A stretch of DNA of 64,000 nt, from the NCBI RefSeq assembly GCF_963921235.1, contig NC_086097.1, positions 28,088,001 through 28,152,000 of the forward strand. The letters are read 5' to 3'. The notes under the pieces are model-generated. The model did not search any database. It saw nothing but the letters and a program-made list of their open reading frames with translations, and was not told the DNA's origin. This stretch comes from Mobula hypostoma. Lineage: Eukaryota. Of this stretch, positions 24,089-37,519 are shown one piece after another (the stretch's first letter is position 1; every line of letters starts with the position of its first letter). A program made the position numbers and the translations under genes.

Positions 24089-25429
24089 GTTTAAACCCTC
24101 CCCAACAGCTCTAGCAAACCTGACTCAAAGATTGTTGGCCCCCTCAAGATCAGGTGTGACACATTTTGTGTACAGGTTATACCTTTCCCAAAAGAGATCC
24201 CAATGATCCAGAAATCTGAAACCCTGCTCCCTGCACCAATTCTTAGCCAATCATTCATCTGCCAAATCATCCTATTCTTACCCTCACTTGTGTGTGGCAC
24301 GGGCAGCAATTGAGAGATTACTACTTTGAGGTTCTGCTTTTTACCCAACTCCCTATATTCTCTCTTCAGGATCTCATGTATATGTCCTATCTACGTATAT
24401 ACTATTTAGTAATCAATGTATATTCTAACCACAGTACATGTGCACATGGTTCAGTTAGTTTCATCAAAGATTTAAGTGAACCAGGTGAATTTTCTTTAAA
24501 GGTTATCCTGAAGGCAAACAACACCATTACTGATTTTAGTCAGTGACTCAACAAACTAATGTCTCCAGATTGTTGGCCTGGACTTCTGGGTTGTCTGACC
24601 AATAGCTTAACCACAATATTGCTCTTTAATACAATGCCCCACTTATACAAAATTCTAAAGCATGGAGAATTGGATTAATTTCTCTGTCCTAAATTATCAG
24701 CTCTATTTCCTACAACTGTGTTCATAGTTCTGGACTCTCTCATTTGTATGAACTCTCATAGGAAACAGAAGGAGGAGTACGACATCCAGCCTTTTCAACT
24801 GCTTTGCCAATCATTAAAACCAAGGCTGATCTTTTATATCAGCACATTTTTTTTCTGCACAAATGCCCTTGTATTCCTTGTAGTGAGGAGCCAACATAAT
24901 ACTTGGATCTATTGATCTCCATTTAAAATTAACTCAACAACTAAGCCTAACCAGAGCCCTCTGGAGAATTCCAAAGATTCAATTCCCAAAAGAAATTTCT
25001 TCTATCTCAGTACTCGGCAGTGTATCAGAGATTCTGTTCATAGACCATACTTAAAGAATATAGTGTTCAGTTCTTATTGTAGGAAGGTTGGGGAAGCTTT
25101 AGGGAAGATACAGAGAAGGTTTACCAGGGTGCTATCTGAATTTGATGACATATCCTTTGAGAAAAAGATGAGCGAGCTAAGGCTGTTCTCTTTGAAGGAA
25201 AAAAAAGGGGATGAGAGAGATGTATTAGATGATGACAGGCATAGATAGAGTGGACACCCATCACCGTTTACCCCCAGGGTGGCAATGGTCAATGCTAGAG
25301 GCAACCATTTAAGGTAAGTGGAGGAAAGTTTAGGAAAGATGTCAGAGGTACATTACACATAAGTCTTACACTTAACTCTTTCTTACTAATTCTTCAATCT
25401 ATAACTGAATTTCGAACATTAAAGTACAG

Positions 25430-25580
25430 TGTGGGCAACACAGTAATGTAGTGATTAGCATAAAGCTATCACAGCACCAGCATCCAGGTTCAACTTTGTC
25501 ACTGATATACAATTAGTAGGTTAATTGGTCACATGGGTGTAATTGGATGGTGCAGGCTTGTTGCCACGCTGTACCTCCAA
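25430..25580 (+). mobile_element. Degenerate tRNA-derived SINE fragment
   Basis: tRNA-like head with B-box-like GGTTCAA; resembles the head of 54832-55052. Confidence 0.45.
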
Positions 25581-25869
25581 GTAAAATTTTAAAAGATAAT
25601 CTTTTTTTAAAATCACAGGCAGTGATGGGTACTTGCAATGTACAGATGTGATGGGGTTGGTGGTGGTAGAGGCTGATAAAACAGAGACATTGAGAAAGCC
25701 ATTGTAAATAGTGGTGGTGGGGGGGGGTTCAACAGATTGGAGAAGTATGGAGAAAGGTAAAAAAAAGAAAACTGCGGATAAAGATAAAAAAACAAAAGAT
25801 AAAAGAGGGAAAAGTAAGAGTGGAGTGAAGAAAAGTCAAGTGGAAGAGAGTAAAAGATTACAAGATCTT

Positions 25870-26940
25870 AAAAGTATTCGAAACAAGGTCAGTGAACTTG
25901 TGGCTCAAATCAGTATAAAGAGGTATGATTCAATGACCATTACAGAGATTTGTTGCAGGATGGAGAGGATTAGGAATTAAATATCCAAAGATATCAGGTA
26001 ATACGGAAGGATAGACAGGAAGGTAAAGATGAGATCAGGGTGATAGTGAGAAACGATAAGAGATATAAGGAGCAGAATGTTAAATCTATCTGGGTAGAGA
26101 TTAGGAATACGGGGGGGGGGGAATCACTGGTGGGAGATGTCTAGTGGCCACCGAATAATAACATCACAGTGGCACAGGCAATAAACAGAAATATCTGAGG
26201 CATGCAAGAATGGAACAGCAGTTATCATGGAGGATTTTAATTTGCACATAGATTGGGTCAATCAAGTTGATCGAGGCAATCTTGAGGAGGACTTCATAGA
26301 ATGCATCTGTGATGGCTTTCTTGAATAGCATGTTACTGAACCCACACGGGAACATGCTATCTTAGAACTGGTCCTGTGCAATGAGATAGGTTAAAATAGT
26401 GATCTTGTAGTTAGGGTTCCACTTAGAAAGAGTGGTCACAGTATGAATGAATTTTTCATACAAATGGAGGGTGCAATAGCTCAAAACCAGTGTATTATGC
26501 CTAAATAATGGAGACTACAATTGGATGAGTCTACTAGTGTAGACTGGGAACAAAAACTACATGGTGGGACAGTTGAGGAACAGCGGAAGACTTTCAAAGA
26601 GATTTTTCACAGTGCTCGACAAAAGTATATTCCAGTTAAAAGCAAGGACAGCAAGGGTGGGCCAGCCTTGGATAACTAAGGAAATAAAGGAAGGCATCAA
26701 ACTAAAAGCCTGTGCATAGAGAGTCACCAAGAGTAGTGGGAAACATTAAAAAAGCAACAAAGTACCACTAAGCGAGCAATAAAGGGAAGCTAGATAATGA
26801 AAATAAACTAGCACAAAAGGGTTATGGGGAAAAGACAAGTAAGTGGAGGTAATGCTGGATTAGCTATGATCTGATTGAATGGCAGAGCAGGCTTGATGGG
26901 CCAGATGGTCTACTCCTGCTCATATTTTTTATGTTCTTAA
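25870..26940 (+). mobile_element. CR1 LINE fragment (endonuclease region joined to 3' tail)
   Basis: SIRNKVSELVAQI...YD...ITE and IM.DFN...IDW motifs; CR1 3' tail ...CTCCTGCTCATATTTTTTATGTTCTTA. Confidence 0.7.
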
Positions 26941-27429
26941 ATAACTGTTATGGATTGTGTAGGAGGGAAGGGATCAATTGATCTTGGAGTAGGTTTATAT
27001 TGGTCATCACAACATCGTGGACTGAAAACATTCTTCTTTCAGCTAGCTGATTGAATCCGGCAAGAATTTTTCAATGCTGCAAGTACTAATGGAATATTAA
27101 TACTCCCCACTTATTGTAGAGGCAACACAAACACACGTACTATGCAATATTCAATTCATTAACAATATCAGAAATCACCAATTCATTTTCCAGGTAATAT
27201 TTACAGTTAAAAAATTAACTTTAAGAGATCAGTGCAATAATTCAAATTCACCTTCAATTCTCAGTCTCACTCTTACATCTACAAAATTGCTGCAACCAAG
27301 CTAATCAACAGTTAAACATTAACACAAATGAAATGTTATTTCTGGATAATCAAATTGCGGTTTACCTCCATCCTTCCAAAACAGATTTTTAAGTTGGTAG
27401 GATTTTAGCAAAACAGAATCCTCAAGCAT

Positions 27430-28060
27430 GGAAAAAAAATCTGCAGATGCTAGAAGTCCAGAACAACAAACAACATTGGATGAACTCAGCAAGCCAGGCA
27501 GCATCTATGGAAAAAAGCATATAATTGACGTTTCAAGCCGAGACCTTTCTTCAGGACTGAGCAAAAGGGGGAGGGGTAGTTACGATACCCAAATAAAAAT
27601 GTGAGGAGAGTGGGAAGAGGCTAGTTGGAAGGTGATAGTTGAGCCAGGTGGGTGGGAAAGATCAAGGATTGGAGAAGAAAGGATCTGATAGGAGCGGACA
27701 ATAGGAGAAAGGGAAGGAGGAGACTCGGGGGGAAATAATAGGCAGGTGAGAAGTGAAAGGTCAGAGTGGGGAATGGGGGGGGAGGGGAATTTGTTCATCA
27801 GAAGGAGAAATAGATATTCATACCATCAGGTTGAAGGTTGGTCCTCCACCCTGAGGGTGGCCTCATCTTGGCACAAGAGGAGGCTGTGGATAGAAACGTC
27901 AGAACAGGAACTGGAATTAGAATTAGAATTAAAATGTTTGGTCACTGGGAAGTTCCACTTGCGGAAGATGGAGCAGAGGATTTCGACAAAGCAGTCCCCG
28001 AATTTACAACAGTTCTCACTAATGTAGAGGCCGCATCGGGAGCACCAGACACAAAACACA
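27430..28060 (-). mobile_element. PLE 3' fragment (GIY-YIG end plus terminal repeat with hammerhead core)
   Basis: CVWCSRCGLYISE...PVTKHFNS in ORF 27826-28134; CTGAAGA...GAAACGTC at 27522-27559 (minus). Confidence 0.8.
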
Positions 28061-29120
28061 ATTCCAGCAGATTCACATAAAACAGTGCAATCCATCCCAC
28101 CTCCAAATTCTTCTCTACTTTCAAGAACATGCACTGAAAAACTATACAGAATAATACAACTTCAGTCACTTGTCTTGTGTCATGCAGGATGATCTAACAA
28201 CGTTCAACATGTTCTCAGCCATCCAGCATCCACGGGTAATGCAGGGAGGGAAAGAGCACATTGCATAAACATGATGGTTTCATGAGAATTTCTCCAAAAA
28301 AAAATAAAAACTGTACATCACACACTAGTACTCCATGAATAAGCCTTCAAATAAAGTGCTCAACTACATGTTATCATTTTACTCTTTTAATTAATTGTTC
28401 TACACTGTAATTCTAATAGTGAAGCCTTAAGATTAAACCTAACATACTCCTATAACTCAACTTCAATAACTAGACTCACCAAAACAACTTGCCAAATATT
28501 CAAAGAGGATGTTGCTGCTAATCAGTCTTCAACTGCACTCTCCTTATGCGTAAAACACAACTAAAGATGTCTTTTCACGCTCATCTTGTATGACACTTGA
28601 AATAAAATTTACTGTCTTATGTTGGCTATGCATAGCCTGGGCTAGGGTATAACAAATTAAAAATCACTTAATTCCAAATTTCAAGAAGATCCATACCATT
28701 TACTTATTGTATTCTGCATACAATGTAAGGTATTTTATCAGGTTCAAAACTTTTAAGAGTTTAAGTAGAAGGCTGAGGAAGCTTTTACCAGTTATGAAAA
28801 TTCCACAAGTTTACTGCATTTAAAAAATAACATCAAATATGATTATAGACTCACTGAAGCTCACTGGCTACAAAGGTCCAAAATTCAAATAAAGTTAATC
28901 TTAACATAGTTATTCATTCCAAACTGATTTAAGTGATTTCATTGAAGTTGCTCCCTGAATATCTCCAAGATTGTCATTTCCTTATCAAAGCATCAAAACA
29001 AAAATAAATTGTATGAATCAAACCTAGACAAGAAATAACAGAGTCACTATGCATTAGAAAGATTCAGTAAAATTAGGAATACTACCAGTGAACTAGTGGA
29101 TAGCTAATAGAGTTCCTATA

Positions 29121-30693
29121 CAGGTTTCCCCCGCCATCCGAAGGTAGAGCATTCCTATGAAACGGTTCGTAAGCCAAAATGTCGTAAAGTGAAGAAGCAA
29201 TTACCATTTATATGGGAAAACTTTCTGAGTGTTCGCAGACCCAAAAATAACCTACCAAATCATGCCAAGTAACACATAAAACCTAACAGTAACATATAGT
29301 AAAAGCAGGAATAATATGATAAATACACAGCCTATATAAAGTAGAAATACTTCTCTACAATGATTGCCTGCACAGATCTCCGTAGCGAAAATCTCACTCA
29401 AGCGCTCTAGGCAGAAACTCTCATGCAAGCGCTGTTGGCATAAACGCGCTCTCCAATAACCTTTAAACTATGAAGCTGCCAAATCTACCAAATAACACAT
29501 AAAAATACACAGCCTATATAAAGTAGAAATGATGTATGTACAGTGTAGTATCACTTACAGGAATCGGGAAGACAGCACCGAGCACACTGATGATGGTGTG
29601 TTAGACTGAGTCGTTGCAGGCTGGGGTGGTGCAGTGGCCCCCACCCTCCAGGTCGCCGACTGATACATTGCCGCAAAGCACACAGGGGTAGCCGGGAGGC
29701 ACACAGCACATCTTTAAGAAAAAAGCCAAAATAAACATGCTAATTAATTAGGTGCTGCCTGGCACGTAAATGTCGGCGCAGATCAGAGGCGATTGCATCA
29801 GCACTGATCTGCGCCGACAGTTACGTGTTAGGCGGCACCTAATTAATTAGCATGTTTATTTCGGCTTTTTTCTTAAACATGTGCTGTGTGCCTCCCGGCT
29901 ACCGCTGCATTCTCCACGAATCAGTACAGTATCTGTCCGGGGCCCGGGGGTTGGGGTGGTGGGACACGAGGGTGTCATCTCATCATCGATCAGGGCAGGC
30001 AGCTCATCTTCTCCTATGACTGCCTGCCTCGATGTCGAAGGTCGAGGTTTGTCGTCTGCTGTGGCTGATGTGGAAGGCTTGCTTGACTGCTGAGCCTCAA
30101 GCATTTTTCTATCACACAGTTCTTTGTAAGGACTCAAAACATTCTGCAAATATGCCCTAAACCGACGTACCCTTTCGAAATTAAAGTCGTACTTTATCAT
30201 TGCAGCGAAAATCTCACGCAGTTGCTTCACGTTCAGTTCCTGGATGACTTCACTTTCGCTACTGCATTCGGTTTCGATTGTTATCCTTTCCTCTTCCAAT
30301 TGCATCAGCTCTTCATCTATCAGTTTTTGGTCATGGGATGCCAAAACCTCTTCAACATCATCTTCGTCAGCTTCCACAAGCCAAACTCACTTTGTCCTGG
30401 CTTCATTCACCACTATCGAAACGCTTAATTATGTCTAGTTTTACACTAAGTGTAACACCTTCACTCTTTCAGGTTTTTCCGACACCTTAGAACTCATCTT
30501 GCTAACGGCTGCTCAATGCAACGTGCTTAAGCAATGCCGTTCCGAATCTGGGGGAGAGCGGCTGCTAAGCTTGCGCGCTGCCTTTCTTCGTAACAGTGAA
30601 AACACCTTCTGAAAGCGAAAACAGTACTAATGTAGGTCTTTCGTAACAGTGAGGTTTCATAAAGCGAACGTTTGAAAAGCGGGGGGACACCTG
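29121..30693 (-). mobile_element. Internally deleted Tigger/pogo-like DNA transposon (1573 bp)
   Basis: TIRs CAGGTTTCCCCCG / CGGGGGGACACCTG flanked by TA on both sides; ORF 29856-30377 resembles the acidic Tigger transposase C-terminus (DDVEEVLASHDQKLIDEELMQLEEE); no DDE domain seen. Confidence 0.8.
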
Positions 30694-32409
30694 TATTTAA
30701 AAAAAGCTAGAACATATCCAGGGAAGTCTGAACTTATTTTTTTCCCCCCAGTAGTAGATGAGGTAAGAACATAATTACCTTAGGAAATTAAACTAGTCTG
30801 TGTTGAAGTATTGGCTGGTGAATACTTTTGGGAGCAGTAAACAAAATTCTTTAAGTTTCCAGGTACTTGCAGGAAAGGACAAAGTTGGTCCTCAATTTCA
30901 GTTTTGAAATTGAAGACAACAGATTTCAATCGTGTGGGAGGAGCTGGCAAAAATGGACTGGGAGCAGATAAATAGCAAACTTGTGTCTGAGAAGTGTTAA
31001 TGCCTTAAGGTAGCTAATAAGAGTTCAGAACTGGCCTGCTCCAGTAAGTATCAATGTCAAATATGACAAGATTTGGGTATCTTGGACAACAAAGCATATT
31101 GAAAGTTTGATACGCGAAAAATGCACATATAGACATAGCTAACTAGAATTGCATGCATCACTAATCGATGAAAAAAAGGTGTAGGTGAGAATTTAAGGAA
31201 TTGGGAGAGCAAAAAAAAAATGGGCCAATAAAATATCCTTTACAGATAAAATTTAAGGGATATTCCCATGATATTGTAAATATATTAAGCGCAAGAGGGC
31301 AGACAGGGAAAGAATGTGTCCCTGTAAAGACCAAATTCACATGTAGAGCCAGTGGATGCATGCAAGGTCCTAAATGAATACTTTATACGTATTCACCAAG
31401 GAAAGGAAAAGAGAAAAATTAATTACCACTCGGGGGGGGGGGGTGGAGAGGGGCAGTCAATTCTAGAGTGATAAAACTGAAAATATAAGAAAAACTTACA
31501 TTTACGTAGCAATTTTCAAGACCCCAGGATGTTACAAATCAATACAAAAAGGAGTTTTCATTTGCTGAATTCTTCTCATTTGTCTTTTTGTTATGCTGAA
31601 GGCCTGGAGTACTTTTATTGCAATATATTGAAACCAGTTCTGTAGTGCAGATCCCAGATTTACTTTTGGGACACAGTGACACTGTACATCAGGAACTTAC
31701 CACAGTCTTCAACAACATGAAAGGACCTATAATCTCCAAGTCATCTGGATTTCTCAATTCCAAGGGGGGGGGGGCGGAATCTCAAATTTTCTTCATGTAT
31801 ACCCACAGTGGACTCCAAACAAAAGATAGCATTCAAGCTATCAGGATACAACATAATTTATCTTGTATTAGCAAGATAATTGCACAAAACTGTTAAACTG
31901 AGTAATTAAACTAATATTTCCCATCTAGGGCTTAGTTGTGTTACAAGCCAAAAGAATAAGTACACAAAGGATATACAATGAACCAAATCATCAAATGATG
32001 CATAAAAGCTTTGCTGCACCTGGCAACCATCAACAGACCTCACAATGTGAGAAATTAATATCCAACAAGAATTAAAAGTGCCTTTTTGAAAAGAAAGTTA
32101 TGCTAGTGCAAAGGGGAGGGCAACCATTAAGCAACTATTACTTATAAACCATAATTACATCTATCTTCTATTAGATATGCCAAGGTCAGAATCACAGAAC
32201 ATGGATACAGGTCCTTTAGTTGTCAATATCCATGCTGACTATTAACACACCTATTTACACCAACTCTTTTTATTCTCTCCACATTCCCAGATTCTTCTAC
32301 TCACCTACACTACGTCATTTTCTTTAATCACTGGCAGTTATGGGGAGATGTTGAATAATGACTTGGGTGATATTTTTGTTAAAACATTCTTTTCAGAGTC
32401 TTAAGTGTG

Positions 32410-33800
32410 CAGAAGATTAGATAAACATTATTTCCTGCTGCAAAAAAAAAGGATTTATTGGCTGCATATAGTCATAGAACACAGAAACAAGGACTTTCAG
32501 CCTGACACATCCATGCCGAATGAGATGTTTACTTATGGGTCTCGGCCTGAAACGTCGACTGCGCCTCTTCCTATAGATGCTGCTTGGCCTGCTGCGTTCA
32601 CCAGCAACTTTGATGTATGTTGCTTGAATTTCCAGCATCTGCAGAATTCCTGTTGTTTACTTATGCTAATCCCATTTTCCTATATTTGGCTCAGATCCCT
32701 CTCATTTCCTATCCATGTGCCTGTCCACATGCTTTTTAAGTGTTCTGATTGTACCTGCCTCTACTATTTTCCCTGGCTGCTTGTTCCATAAACCAACAGC
32801 TTTGTATTTAATATTCTGTCCCTCTGATCTCACTTAAACATTTCCCCTCTCACTTCAAATCCATGTCCTTTAATTTTAGACTTCCCCATCCTGAGGGAAA
32901 ATAATTATAAACTACCACAAGGCCAGCCCTCAGTGTTCCACACTCTAGTGAGATCAAGCAGAACCTATCCAATCTCGCTTTGCAACTAAAACCCTTCATA
33001 CTAGGCAACATACTAGTGAATCTCTTCTGCACCATTTCAAGCATTACCATAATTTTCTTTAGTGTGGTGACCAGAAATGCACATAACATTCCAAATGGTG
33101 CCTAACAAATATCTTTTACAACCAAAACATAATCTCATACTCAATACCCCTACCTATGAAGCTAAACAAATTAAACACAACACCTTCTTCACTACCCCAT
33201 CAACTTGTGTTGCCATTTTTAGGGAAATGTGAAATTGCTCCCCAAGGTCCCTTTGTATATATAAAGGGACCCTGTCATTTCCTGTATATACCCTGCCAGT
33301 ATTAGACAACCGGAAATGCTCTACTTCAGTTGTTTGTTTGGATTAAATACTATCTGTTAAATTTCCAACTGACCCATGTCCCTCTGTATCCTTAAGCAAC
33401 AATCCTCACTCTCTGCAATTCCGTGAATCTTCATGTCCTCAACAAATATGTCATACCAGAAAGAGATTCTCATCCAAGTCATTTATATTACACACACATC
33501 CCCACAGTACACCACTGAAAAACAATCCTCCACCACTCTTCTGCCTCCCATCAAGTCAATTTTGGATTCAGTCTACCAAAATATTTTGGGATGCCATGTG
33601 CTTTAACTTCCTGGACCAACCTACCACACGGGACCTTGTCAAAGCCATGCTAATGTATTCCATATTTAATCATCTTGCTTTCATCGATCTTCATTGTAAT
33701 CTCAAAAAAAATTTGTGAACCAACATTTCCAAACACAAAACCAAGCTAATTTCGTTTTAATCAGTTTCTGCCTTTCCAAATAGTCACAAATCTGATCCCC
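32410..33800 (-). mobile_element. Old CR1-like LINE fragment containing a truncated PLE repeat (32538-32653)
   Basis: LEMVQKRFTSMLP motif (32850-33089); the PLE piece is bounded by a 12-bp TSD TGTTTACTTATG (32526-32537 / 32654-32665). Confidence 0.7.
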
Positions 33801-35030
33801 AAGAATTTTTTTCTCCAAATTTCCCTACTACTGACACAAAGGGAACAAAGTTTATTCCAAGGACATTTTGCCAATGAGAAAAAAAATGACGATCCTCAAC
33901 AAACTAAAGGCTAGTGTTAACTCTAAAGGTTAAGACTGCTCTTAATAGCAATAGATTTGGGTTCCTTGCAACTCAGTGTCACTGTATAGTCTGTACTTTG
34001 CTAATTATTGAAAACTTACACGAAGTACTAATAGAAAGTGATCCCTGAATTATGCTTTTGCATAATTCCCCAATTATTAATTTGCATGAAGAGCTTGTAA
34101 ATGATGCATTAAGTTTTGCTTCTTACAGTACACTGGTTCAAAAGATGGCTGTTACATGTAGAGTTTATCTCAATAGTAGGAGAGGGATCACTGCTGCCCA
34201 ATAGACTATATGCTTCATGCAAGATCCTGACTGGAGGCCTGTAACTAGTAGGGTGCTCCAGTAGTCAGCACTTGGACCTCTTATTCGTTACTAATGCATA
34301 ATTCCACAAGTTCCTGTAGTGCCTCTTGCAGCATTTGACAAAACATGATTGAGACATTCGAGTCTTAATGTAATCCCAATCCTCTCCAGCTAACCTTTAC
34401 GTTTAGCATAACCAGAGATAATCTCACTAAATCTTTGTTTTGTAATTTGCCACACCCACTACTGATTCAGATTAAATACATTTTAAAATGTCAAGTTACT
34501 TCAATTGTCATTTTTGGACTGAGATGTGCAACATAAATAACTTGTTCCATTAGCAAGGCTGATTTAAGCAATCATTTCATACTGATTAGTACAGAAATCA
34601 AGTTCTAAGAGGCAGGCTAGTTGCAGGAGAAAGCAGCAGCTTTACTTCCAACTAAAGGAAGCAACTTCTGTGTTGTCAGATTAAATTTCTTTTGTTTTTT
34701 TAAACAATCAGTATAAACTGAAGTGCATGACTCCATCCTTTATATGGCAAGGAATAATGGGTCAAACGGTTAACACACAGAGTGTTGGAGGAACTCAGCA
34801 GGTCAAGGAAGCATCTATGGAGAGGAATAAACAGTCAACATTTCGAGCTGAGAAACTTCAGGAAAGGAAGGGGGAAGAAGCCAGAATAAAGTGGTGGGGA
34901 AAGGGGGAAGTACAAACTGCAAGGTGATAGATGAAGCCAAGTAAGGGAAAAGGTATAGTACTGTGCAAAAGTCTTAGGCAACCTCGATTTTTTTTTTAAA
35001 TACACATTTTGTTTTAGATTAACTTCAGAT

Positions 35031-37226
35031 TGCCGGGTCTTTACCATCCCCTCCGATCTTCAACTGTCGGAGGCAGAACGCTCTGTTCTCAGTAAGGGCC
35101 TCACGTTTGTCCCCCTTCGCCCACACCTCAGCGAGTTCCGTGTTCGCCACGATGCGGAAGTTTTCTTCCGCCGTCTCCGTCTCCGAGCCTACTTCTTCGG
35201 CAAGGACTCTTCCACCCCCACCGATGACCCCTTCTCCCGTCTTCAACCCTCCTCTTCTTCATGGACACCCCGCTCTGGTCTTCTGCCTGCTCTGGATCTC
35301 TTTATTGCTAACTGCCAACAGGACATCAACCGTCTCGACTTCACCGCACCTTGGCCCCATTCCAACCTCACTCCTTCGGAACGCTCTGCTCTCCACTTCC
35401 TCCGCACTAATCCTAACCTTATTATTAAACCCGCCAATAAGGGGGGTGCTGTTGTAGTCTGGCGTACTGACCTCTACCTTGCCGAGGCACAGCGACAACT
35501 CGCAGATACCTCCTCTTATTTATCCCTCGATCGTGACCCCACTAAAGAGCACCAGGCCATTGTCTCCCACACCATCACCGACTTTATCCACTCAGGGGAT
35601 CTCCCATCCACTGCTACCAACCTTATAGTTCCCACACCCCGCACTTCCCGTTTCTACCTCCTACCCAAGATCCACAAACCTGCCTGTCCTGGCCGACCTA
35701 TTGTCTCAGCTTGCTCCTGCCCCACCGAACTCATTTCTGCATACCTCAACACTGTTTTATCACCCCTTGTTCAATCCCTTCCGACCTATGTTCCTGACAC
35801 TTCTCGCGCTCTTAAACTTTTCGATGATTTTAAGTTCCCTGGCCCCCACCGCTTTATTTTCACAGTGGATGTCCAGTCCTTATATACTTCCATCCCCCAT
35901 CAGGAAGGTCTCAAAGCTCTACTCTTCTTTTTGGATTCCAGACCTAATCAGTTCCCCTCTACCACCACTCTGCTCCGTCTAGCAGAATTAGTCCTTACTC
36001 TTAATAATTTCTCCTTTGGCTCCTCCCACTTCCTCCAAACTAAAGGTGTAGCTATGGGCACCTGTATGGGTCCTAGCTATGCCTGCCTTTTTGTTGGGTT
36101 TGTAGAACAATCTATGTTCCGTGCCTATTCTGGTATCTGTCCCCCACTTTTCCTTCGCTACATCGACGACTGCATTGGCGCTGCTTCCTGCACACATGCA
36201 GAACTTGTTGACTTTATTAACTTTGCCTCCAACTTTCACCCTGCCCTCAAATTTACCTGGTCCATTTCCGACACCTCCCTCCCCTTTCTAGATCTTTCTG
36301 TCTCTGTCTCTGGAGACAGCTTATCCACTGATGTCTACTATAAGCCTACTGACTCTCACAGCTATCTAGACTATTCCTCTTCTCACCCTGTCTCTTGCAA
36401 AAACGCCATCCCCTTCTCGCAATTCCTCCGTCTCCGCCGCATCTGCTCTCAGGATGAGGCTTTTCATTCTAGGACGAGGGAGATGTCTTCCTTTTTTAAA
36501 GAAAGGGGCTTCCCTTCCTCCACTATCAATTCTGCTCTTAAACGCATCTCCCCCAGTTCACGTACATCTGCTCTCACTCCATCCTCCCACCACTCCACTA
36601 GGAATAGAGTTCCCCTGGTCCTCACCTACCACCCCACCAGCCTCCGGGTCCAACATATTATTCTCCGTAACTTCCGCCACCTCCAATGGGATCCCACCAC
36701 TAAGCACATCTTTCCCTCCCCCCCTCTCTCTGCATTCCGCAGGGATCGCTCCCTACACAACTCCCTTGTCCATTCGTCCCCCCCATCCCTCCCCACTGAT
36801 CTCCCTCCGGGCACTTATCCGTGTAAGCAGAACAAGTGCTACACATGCCCTTACACTTCCTCCCTTACCACCATTCAGGGCCCCAAACAGTCCTTCCAGA
36901 TGAGGCATCACTTCACCTGTGACTCGACTGGGGTGATATACTGCGTCCGGTGCTCCCGATGTGGCCTTTTATATATTGGCGAGACCCGACGCAGACTGGG
37001 AGACCGCTTTGCTGAACATCTACGCTCTGTCCGCCAGAGGAAGCAGGATCTCCCAGTGGCCACACATTTTAATTCCACATCCCATTCCCATTCTGACATG
37101 TCTATCCACGGCCTCCTCTACTGTAAAGATGAAGCCACACTCAGGTTGGAGGAACAACACCTTATATTCCGTCTGGGTAGCCTCCAACCTGATGGCATGA
37201 ACATCGACTTCTCTAACTTCCGCTAA
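35031..37226 (+). CDS. PLE reverse transcriptase plus GIY-YIG endonuclease (stop-free frame of ~731 aa, N-terminus missing)
   Basis: The frame of ORF 35865-37226 reads upstream without stops: LSKGLTFVP, IIKPANKGGAVVV, FYLLPKIHK, GVAMG, RYIDD, Cys linker CKQNKCYTC, VIYC..C..C.LLYIGET.R.L..RF.EH. Confidence 0.88.
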   Translation, partial: CRVFTIPSDLQLSEAERSVLSKGLTFVPLRPHLSEFRVRHDAEVFFRRLRLRAYFFGKDSSTPTDDPFSRLQPSSSSWTPRSGLLPALDLFIANCQQDINRLDFTAPWPHSNLTPSERSALHFLRTNPNLIIKPANKGGAVVVWRTDLYLAEAQRQLADTSSYLSLDRDPTKEHQAIVSHTITDFIHSGDLPSTATNLIVPTPRTSRFYLLPKIHKPACPGRPIVSACSCPTELISAYLNTVLSPLVQSLPTYVPDTSRALKLFDDFKFPGPHRFIFTVDVQSLYTSIPHQEGLKALLFFLDSRPNQFPSTTTLLRLAELVLTLNNFSFGSSHFLQTKGVAMGTCMGPSYACLFVGFVEQSMFRAYSGICPPLFLRYIDDCIGAASCTHAELVDFINFASNFHPALKFTWSISDTSLPFLDLSVSVSGDSLSTDVYYKPTDSHSYLDYSSSHPVSCKNAIPFSQFLRLRRICSQDEAFHSRTREMSSFFKERGFPSSTINSALKRISPSSRTSALTPSSHHSTRNRVPLVLTYHPTSLRVQHIILRNFRHLQWDPTTKHIFPSPPLSAFRRDRSLHNSLVHSSPPSLPTDLPPGTYPCKQNKCYTCPYTSSLTTIQGPKQSFQMRHHFTCDSTGVIYCVRCSRCGLLYIGETRRRLGDRFAEHLRSVRQRKQDLPVATHFNSTSHSHSDMSIHGLLYCKDEATLRLEEQHLIFRLGSLQPDGMNIDFSNFR

Positions 37227-37519
37227 GGCCCCACCTCCCCCTCGTACCCCATCTGTTACTCATTTTTATGCACATTCTTTCTCTCACTCTCCTTTTTCTC
37301 CCTCTGTCCCTCTGAATATACCTCTTGCCCATCCTCTGGGTCACCCCCCCCCCTTGTCTTTCTTCCCGGACCTCCTGTCCCATGATCCTCTCGTATCCCC
37401 TTTTGCCTATCACCTGTCCAGCTCTCGGCTCTATCCCTCCCCCTCCTGTCTTCTCCTATCATTTTGGATCTCCCCCTCCTCCTGCAACTTTCAAATCCCT
37501 TACTCACTCTTCCTTCAGT

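Larger units (their letters stand above)
19287..24370 (-). mobile_element. Degenerate CR1 LINE interrupted by a PLE, other fragments and a mini-MITE
   Basis: RT C-terminal motifs at 19389-20100; EN motifs at 23690-23893; ORF1-end-like sequence at 24091-24348. Confidence 0.75.

Noticed and set aside
28480..28641. Exon-like minus-strand segment (TAG acceptor, G|GTGAGT donor, 162 nt)
   Set aside because: Stops in all three frames and no MSK1 similarity. It could be a cryptic or poison exon but cannot be supported without RNA data.
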